In this document: piece by piece, positions 59,466 to 64,000 of the stretch | Numbering within the stretch: position 1 is the first letter of the stretch | Layout of the letters: each line of letters opens with the position of its first letter | Assembly (NCBI GenBank): GCA_046733235.1 | Contig: JBKPOT010000030.1 | Span: 1,825 to 65,824 of the forward strand | Direction: 5' to 3' | From: Pseudomonadota bacterium | GTDB taxonomy: Bacteria > Pseudomonadota > Alphaproteobacteria > Sphingomonadales > Sphingomonadaceae | Length of the DNA: 64,000 bases | Notes under the pieces: generated by a model | Databases searched by the model: none | What the model was told of the DNA's origin: nothing | Seen by the model: the letters and a program-made list of their open reading frames with translations, nothing else | Position numbers and translations under genes: made by a program

Positions 59466-59741
59466 ATGGCTCGTTCCGTCTGGAAAGGCCCGTTCGTCGA
59501 GCTGTCGCTGCTGAAGAAAGCAGAGGCTGCGCAGGAGTCGGGCGGCCGCGCGCCGATCAAGACCTGGTCGCGCCGGTCGACGATCCTGCCGCAGTTCGTC
59601 GGGCTCACCTTCAACGTCTACAACGGCCGCAAATTCGTTCCCGTCTCGGTGAACGAGGACATGGTCGGGATGAAGCTCGGCGAGTTCGCGCCGACCCGCT
59701 ACTTCCCGGGCCACGCCTCCGACAAGAAGGGCAAGAGGTAA
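59466..59741 (+). CDS. rpsS: 30S ribosomal protein S19
   Basis: [11 protein letters not shown]...[10 protein letters not shown]...KLGEFAPTR. Confidence 0.99.
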   Translation: MARSVWKGPFVELSLLKKAEAAQESGGRAPIKTWSRRSTILPQFVGLTFNVYNGRKFVPVSVNEDMVGMKLGEFAPTRYFPGHASDKKGKR

Positions 59742-59744
59742 GCC

Positions 59745-60125
59745 ATGGGCAAGCAGAAAAGCCCCCGCAAGGTCGCCGACAACGAGGCTTTGTCGGTCGG
59801 AACGCAGATCCGCGGTTCCGCCCAGAAGCTCAACCTCGTCGCCGGCCTGATCCGCGGCCGCAAGGCCGAGGACGCATTGAACATCCTCTCCTTCTCCAAG
59901 AAGGCGATGGCTGTCGACGTCCGCAAGGTGCTCGCCTCGGCGATCGCCAATGCGGAGAACAACCATAATCTCGACGTCGACGCCCTCGTCGTCGCCGAGG
60001 CTTCGGTCGGCAAGAGCATCTCGATGAAGCGCTTCGCCACCCGCGCCCGCGGCCGCTCGAGCCGAATCGTCAAGCCGTTCAGCCGTGTCCGCATCGTCGT
60101 CCGCGAGCAGCAGGAAGCAGAATAA
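59745..60125 (+). CDS. rplV: 50S ribosomal protein L22
   Basis: SAQKLNLVA...[10 protein letters not shown]...RARGRS. Confidence 0.99.
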   Translation: MGKQKSPRKVADNEALSVGTQIRGSAQKLNLVAGLIRGRKAEDALNILSFSKKAMAVDVRKVLASAIANAENNHNLDVDALVVAEASVGKSISMKRFATRARGRSSRIVKPFSRVRIVVREQQEAE

Positions 60126-60820
60126 TGGGTCAGAAAACCTCTCCGATCGGCCTCCGGCTCCAGATCAACCGGACCTGGGACAGCCGCTGGTACGCCGAAG
60201 GCGCCGATTACGGCCGGCTTCTGCTCGAGGACCTCAAGATCCGCGAGTTCGTCATGAAGACGATCCCGCAGGCGGCCATCTCCAAGGTGGTGATCGAGCG
60301 TCCGGCCAAGCTTTGCCGGGTCTCCATCTATGCCGCGCGCCCCGGCGTGATCATCGGCAAGAAGGGCGCCGACATTGAGAAATTGCGCAAGCAGCTCGGA
60401 GCGATGACCTCGAGCGACGTGTCGCTCAACATCGTCGAGATCCGCAAGCCCGAGATCGACGCCCGCCTGGTCGCCCAGTCGGTCGCCGATCAGCTCGAGC
60501 GCCGGATCGCGTTCCGCCGGGCGATGAAGCGCGCGGTCCAGTCGGCTCTCCGGCTCGGCGCCGAGGGCATCAGGATCACCTGCGGCGGCCGTCTCGGCGG
60601 CGCCGAGATCGCCCGCACCGAATGGTATCGCGAGGGCCGGGTGCCGCTCCACACGCTTCGCGCCAATGTCGATTATGCCGAGGCCACCGCGCACACCGCC
60701 TACGGCGTCTGCGGGGTCAAGGTCTGGATCTTCAAGGGCGAGATTCTCGGCCACGACCCGCTCGCCCAGGACCGGCTGATGATGGACGCCCAGACCTCCG
60801 GCGTTCGCCCGGCGCGATAA
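60125..60820 (+). CDS. rpsC: 30S ribosomal protein S3
   Basis: [12 protein letters not shown]...[10 protein letters not shown]...[12 protein letters not shown]. Confidence 0.99.
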   Translation: MGQKTSPIGLRLQINRTWDSRWYAEGADYGRLLLEDLKIREFVMKTIPQAAISKVVIERPAKLCRVSIYAARPGVIIGKKGADIEKLRKQLGAMTSSDVSLNIVEIRKPEIDARLVAQSVADQLERRIAFRRAMKRAVQSALRLGAEGIRITCGGRLGGAEIARTEWYREGRVPLHTLRANVDYAEATAHTAYGVCGVKVWIFKGEILGHDPLAQDRLMMDAQTSGVRPAR

Positions 60821-60832
60821 GGAACTTCAGAA

Positions 60833-61264
60833 ATGCTGCAACCGAAACGCACCAAGTTCCGAAAGGCCTTCAAGGGCCGGATCTCGGGCAACGCCAAGGG
60901 CGGGACCGACCTCAATTTCGGTGCCTATGGCCTCAAGGCCATGGAGCCGGAGCGGATCACCGCGCGCCAGATCGAAGCGGCCCGCCGAGCGATCACCCGC
61001 CACATCCGCCGTCAGGGCCGGCTCTGGATCCGGGTCTTCCCGGACGTGCCGGTGTCGAAGAAGCCTGCCGAGGTCCGTCAGGGCAAGGGCAAGGGCTCGC
61101 CCGAATACTGGGCCGCCCGCGTCAAGCCCGGCCGCATCCTGTTCGAGCTCGACGGAGTCCCCGGTCCGCTCGCCCGCGTCGCCTTCGAGCGCGCCGCGGA
61201 GAAACTGCCGATCAAGACCAAGGTGGTCGCCCGTCTCGGCGAATCTTTGGTGGAGGAAGCATAA
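60833..61264 (+). CDS. rplP: 50S ribosomal protein L16
   Basis: [11 protein letters not shown]...RQIEAAR...[10 protein letters not shown]. Confidence 0.99.
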   Translation: MLQPKRTKFRKAFKGRISGNAKGGTDLNFGAYGLKAMEPERITARQIEAARRAITRHIRRQGRLWIRVFPDVPVSKKPAEVRQGKGKGSPEYWAARVKPGRILFELDGVPGPLARVAFERAAEKLPIKTKVVARLGESLVEEA

Positions 61265-61267
61265 GAG

Positions 61268-61474
61268 ATGGCCAAGTTCGACGATCTCAAGACGAAGACC
61301 GACGACCAGCTCAGCGAGCAGCTGGCGGAGCTGAAGCGCGAGCAGTTCAACCTGCGCTTCCAGGCCGCCACCAACCAGCTCGAAAAGCCGTCGCGGGTCC
61401 GCGAGGTGCGCCGCACCATCGCCCAGATCAAGACGCTTCAGACCGAGCGCTCAGCCGCTCAGGCCGAAGCGTAG
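61268..61474 (+). CDS. rpmC: 50S ribosomal protein L29
   Basis: [12 protein letters not shown]...[10 protein letters not shown]. Confidence 0.98.
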   Translation: MAKFDDLKTKTDDQLSEQLAELKREQFNLRFQAATNQLEKPSRVREVRRTIAQIKTLQTERSAAQAEA

Positions 61475-61484
61475 AGGAGTAGAC

Positions 61485-61775
61485 ATGCCCAAGCGCGTTC
61501 TGACCGGGACCATCGTGTCCGACAAGACCGACAAGACCGTGGTGGTGAAGGTCGAGCGGCGGGTGAAGCACCCGCTCTACGGCAAGATCATCAAGAGGTC
61601 GAAAAAGTATCACGCCCATGATGAGGGCAATGAGTTCAAGGCCGGCGAGATGGTCCGGATCGAGGAGACCCGGCCGATCTCGAAGCTGAAGACCTGGAGG
61701 GTCCTGGGGCGGGTCGACACCCACGCCACGCCGCAGAAGGTCGAAGTGGAAGCCGAAGCGGGAGCGGAAGCCTGA
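61485..61775 (+). CDS. rpsQ: 30S ribosomal protein S17
   Basis: [14 protein letters not shown]...HPLYGK...ETRPISKLK. Confidence 0.99.
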   Translation: MPKRVLTGTIVSDKTDKTVVVKVERRVKHPLYGKIIKRSKKYHAHDEGNEFKAGEMVRIEETRPISKLKTWRVLGRVDTHATPQKVEVEAEAGAEA

Positions 61776-61776
61776 G

Positions 61777-61849
61777 CCGTTCCCCGGCGGAAGCCGGGGT
61801 CCAGCGGCACGGAATTAGGAACTGGGCCCCGGCCTTCGCCGGGGAACGG
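61777..61849. repeat. REP-like palindromic repeat, family I variant
   Basis: CCGTTCCCCGGCGGAAGCCGGGGTCCAG...CTGGGCCCCGGCCTTCGCCGGGGAACGG. Confidence 0.85.
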
Positions 61850-61875
61850 GATGGAAAGAAGAAGGAATTGGATCG

Positions 61876-62244
61876 ATGATCCAGATGCAGTCCAACCTTG
61901 AGGTCGCCGACAATAGCGGCGCCAAGCGCGTCCAGTGCATCAAGGTGCTCGGCGGCTCGAAGCGCCGCTTTGCCGGAGTCGGCGACATCATCGTCGTCTC
62001 CGTCAAGGAAGCGGCGCCGCGCGGCCGGGTCAAGAAGGGCGACGTCCACAAGGCCGTCATCGTCCGAACCGCCAAGGACATCCACCGCGCCGACGGATCG
62101 ACGATCCGCTTCGATTCGAACGCGGCCGTCCTGGTCAACAACAATGCCGAGCCGATCGGCACCCGTATCTTCGGCCCGGTCGTGCGCGAGCTGCGCGCGA
62201 AGAAGCATATGAAGATCATCAGCCTGGCGCCGGAGGTGCTCTGA
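61876..62244 (+). CDS. rplN: 50S ribosomal protein L14
   Basis: [17 protein letters not shown]...GTRIFGPV. Confidence 0.99.
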   Translation: MIQMQSNLEVADNSGAKRVQCIKVLGGSKRRFAGVGDIIVVSVKEAAPRGRVKKGDVHKAVIVRTAKDIHRADGSTIRFDSNAAVLVNNNAEPIGTRIFGPVVRELRAKKHMKIISLAPEVL

Positions 62245-62245
62245 A

Positions 62246-62566
62246 ATGTCCGCGCAGAAGATCAAGAAGGGCGACCGCGTCGTCATCCTGTCCGGCAAGG
62301 ACAAGGGCAAGCATGGCGAAGTCACCAAATCGATGCCCAAGGAGGGCAAGGTGATCGTCTCGGGGGTGAACGTCGCCGTTCGCCACCGCAAGCCGAGCCA
62401 GGCCAATCCGCAGGGCGGGCTGGAGCGGGCGGAAGCGCCGCTTCACGTCTCCAAGGTTGCGATCGAGGATCCCAAGACCGGAAAGCCGACCAGGGTCCGC
62501 TTCGAGGTCAGGGACGGAAACAAGGTCCGCGTCGCTGCGCGGTCCGGGGAGCTGATCAATGGCTGA
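62246..62566 (+). CDS. rplX: 50S ribosomal protein L24
   Basis: [18 protein letters not shown]...EAPLHVSKV. Confidence 0.99.
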   Translation: MSAQKIKKGDRVVILSGKDKGKHGEVTKSMPKEGKVIVSGVNVAVRHRKPSQANPQGGLERAEAPLHVSKVAIEDPKTGKPTRVRFEVRDGNKVRVAARSGELING

Positions 62567-63152
62567 AGCCCAGAACAAGGCGGCCTACACGCCGCGTCTC
62601 AAGGCCGATTATGACGAGCGCATCGTCAAGGCGATGACCGAGAAGTTCGGTTACAAGAACGCCCTCGAAGTGCCGCGCCTCGAGAAGATCGTGATCAATA
62701 TGGGCGTCGGCGAGGCGACCCAGGACAAGAAGAAGGTCGAGATCGCCGCCCAGGAGATGGAGCTGATCGCCGGCCAGAAGCCGGTCATCACCAAGGCGAA
62801 GAAGTCGATCGCCCAGTTCAAGCTGCGCGAAGGCATGCCGATCGGAGTGAAGGTCACCCTTCGCCGCGAGCGCATGTACGAGTTCCTCGACCGGCTGGTG
62901 ACGGTCGCTCTGCCCCGGGTCCGCGACTTCCGCGGCCTCAATCCGCGCTCGTTCGACGGCCGCGGCAATTACGCGATGGGTCTCAAGGAGCAGATCGTGT
63001 TCCCGGAGATCAACTATGACCGCATCGAGAAGGTGCGCGGAATGGACATCATCATCACCACCACCGCAAGGACGGACGACGAGGCGCGCGAGCTGCTGCG
63101 CCTCTTCAACTTCCCGTTCCCGGCGGAAGAGGATCAGAAGCAGGCGGCCTGA
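62559..63152 (+). CDS. rplE: 50S ribosomal protein L5
   Basis: [13 protein letters not shown]...[10 protein letters not shown]...LPRVRDFRG. Confidence 0.99.
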   Translation: MAEAQNKAAYTPRLKADYDERIVKAMTEKFGYKNALEVPRLEKIVINMGVGEATQDKKKVEIAAQEMELIAGQKPVITKAKKSIAQFKLREGMPIGVKVTLRRERMYEFLDRLVTVALPRVRDFRGLNPRSFDGRGNYAMGLKEQIVFPEINYDRIEKVRGMDIIITTTARTDDEARELLRLFNFPFPAEEDQKQAA

Positions 63153-63186
63153 GGCCGTCTGCCAGGAAAGGAAGAGAACTTAAGTC

Positions 63187-63492
63187 ATGGCGAAACTGAG
63201 TTCGATCAACAAGAATGAGCGTCGCAGGAAGCTGGTGAAGAAATATGCCGGCCGATACGCGAAGCTGAAGGCGATCGCGGACGACGAGTCCAGGGACGAT
63301 ACCGAGCGTCTGATCGCCCGGCTGAAGATGGCCGAGGTGCCCCGCAACGGCAACCCGACCCGGGTTCGCAACCGCTGCGAGGTCACCGGCCGCTCGCGCG
63401 CCGTTTATCGCAAATTCCGACTGTCGCGGATCATGATCCGCGAGCTGGGCAACAAGGGACTGATCCCGGGCCTCACGAAGTCGAGCTGGTAG
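63187..63492 (+). CDS. rpsN: 30S ribosomal protein S14 (long, non-Zn form)
   Basis: [13 protein letters not shown]...[10 protein letters not shown]; 101 aa. Confidence 0.99.
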   Translation: MAKLSSINKNERRRKLVKKYAGRYAKLKAIADDESRDDTERLIARLKMAEVPRNGNPTRVRNRCEVTGRSRAVYRKFRLSRIMIRELGNKGLIPGLTKSSW

Positions 63493-63501
63493 GGTAGAGA
63501 C

Positions 63502-63897
63502 ATGCCATTGACCGATCCATTGGGTGATATGCTCACCCGCATCCGCAACGGCCAGCAGGCGCGCAAGGACAGCGTGGTCTCGCCCGCGTCCAAGCTTCGC
63601 GTGCGCGTCCTCGACGTTCTCCAGCGCGAGGGCTATATCCGCGGTTACAGCGAGGAAGCGCTCGGGCCGGCCAAGGGCCTGCGAATCGAGCTGAAATATT
63701 TCGAGGGACAGCCCGCCATCCAGCACCTGTCCCGGATTTCGAAACCGGGCCGCCGCGTCTATTCGGGAAGCCAGGAGCTCCCCCGGGTCCGCAACGGCCT
63801 TGGAATCACCATCGTCTCGACGCCCAAGGGCGTTCTCTCGGACGCGGAAGCGCGCGAGCAGAATGTCGGCGGCGAGGTGCTCGCGGAGGTGTTCTGA
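63502..63897 (+). CDS. rpsH: 30S ribosomal protein S8
   Basis: [12 protein letters not shown]...SKPGRRVY...STPKGV...GGEVL. Confidence 0.99.
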   Translation: MPLTDPLGDMLTRIRNGQQARKDSVVSPASKLRVRVLDVLQREGYIRGYSEEALGPAKGLRIELKYFEGQPAIQHLSRISKPGRRVYSGSQELPRVRNGLGITIVSTPKGVLSDAEAREQNVGGEVLAEVF

Positions 63898-64000
63898 TGA
63901 GCCGTATCGGAAAAGTGCCGGTCGCGTTGCCGGACAACGTCACCGCGTCGATCGAGGGATCGATCCTGTCGGTGAAGGGCCCGAAGGGCACCCTCACCAT
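63897..64000 (+). CDS. rplF: 50S ribosomal protein L6, truncated by window end
   Basis: [12 protein letters not shown]...[10 protein letters not shown]. Confidence 0.97.
   Translation, partial: MSRIGKVPVALPDNVTASIEGSILSVKGPKGTLT

Noticed and set aside
63187-63492. S14 lacking the four-Cys zinc motif
   Set aside because: The long non-Zn form is the usual proteobacterial type

Overview
A GC-rich alphaproteobacterial chromosome segment. Sphingomonadaceae-like origin is inferred from ctrA, split metH, CGTC-type palindromic repeats and ribosomal protein style. The core backbone runs from the 3' end of one lpdA through sppA, groES-groEL (sigma32 promoter plus CIRCE), a SahR/SamR-type regulator-metF-split metH operon, dsbD, ate/bpt, a GGDEF-EAL gene, the four-gene Anbu locus (cpATP-grasp, alpha-E, transglutaminase, Anbu), ctrA, rluA, arfB and pdhC-lpdA, and ends in the str, S10 and spc ribosomal operons up to a truncated rplF. 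The strongest accessory candidates are: (1) a very AT-rich standalone HEPN-motif gene wedged between pdhC and lpdA; (2) a divergent pair of an Asp/Asn beta-hydroxylase and a sulfotransferase with a Nif11-like N-terminus; (3) a zeta/COG4185-type ATPase with a small partner gene upstream of the Anbu locus; (4) a secreted RcnB-like protein with a (SNS-F/Y/V) tandem repeat behind a perfect CtrA box; (5) a secreted protein with a TIMP-like Cys1 N-terminus; (6) a low-GC adenylate cyclase next to a 38-codon ABC-transporter relic. Several palindromic repeat families sit in spacers of highly expressed operons. No tRNA, rRNA, CRISPR array, integrase or transposase was seen. All family assignments come from motif recognition by eye; no database searches were run.
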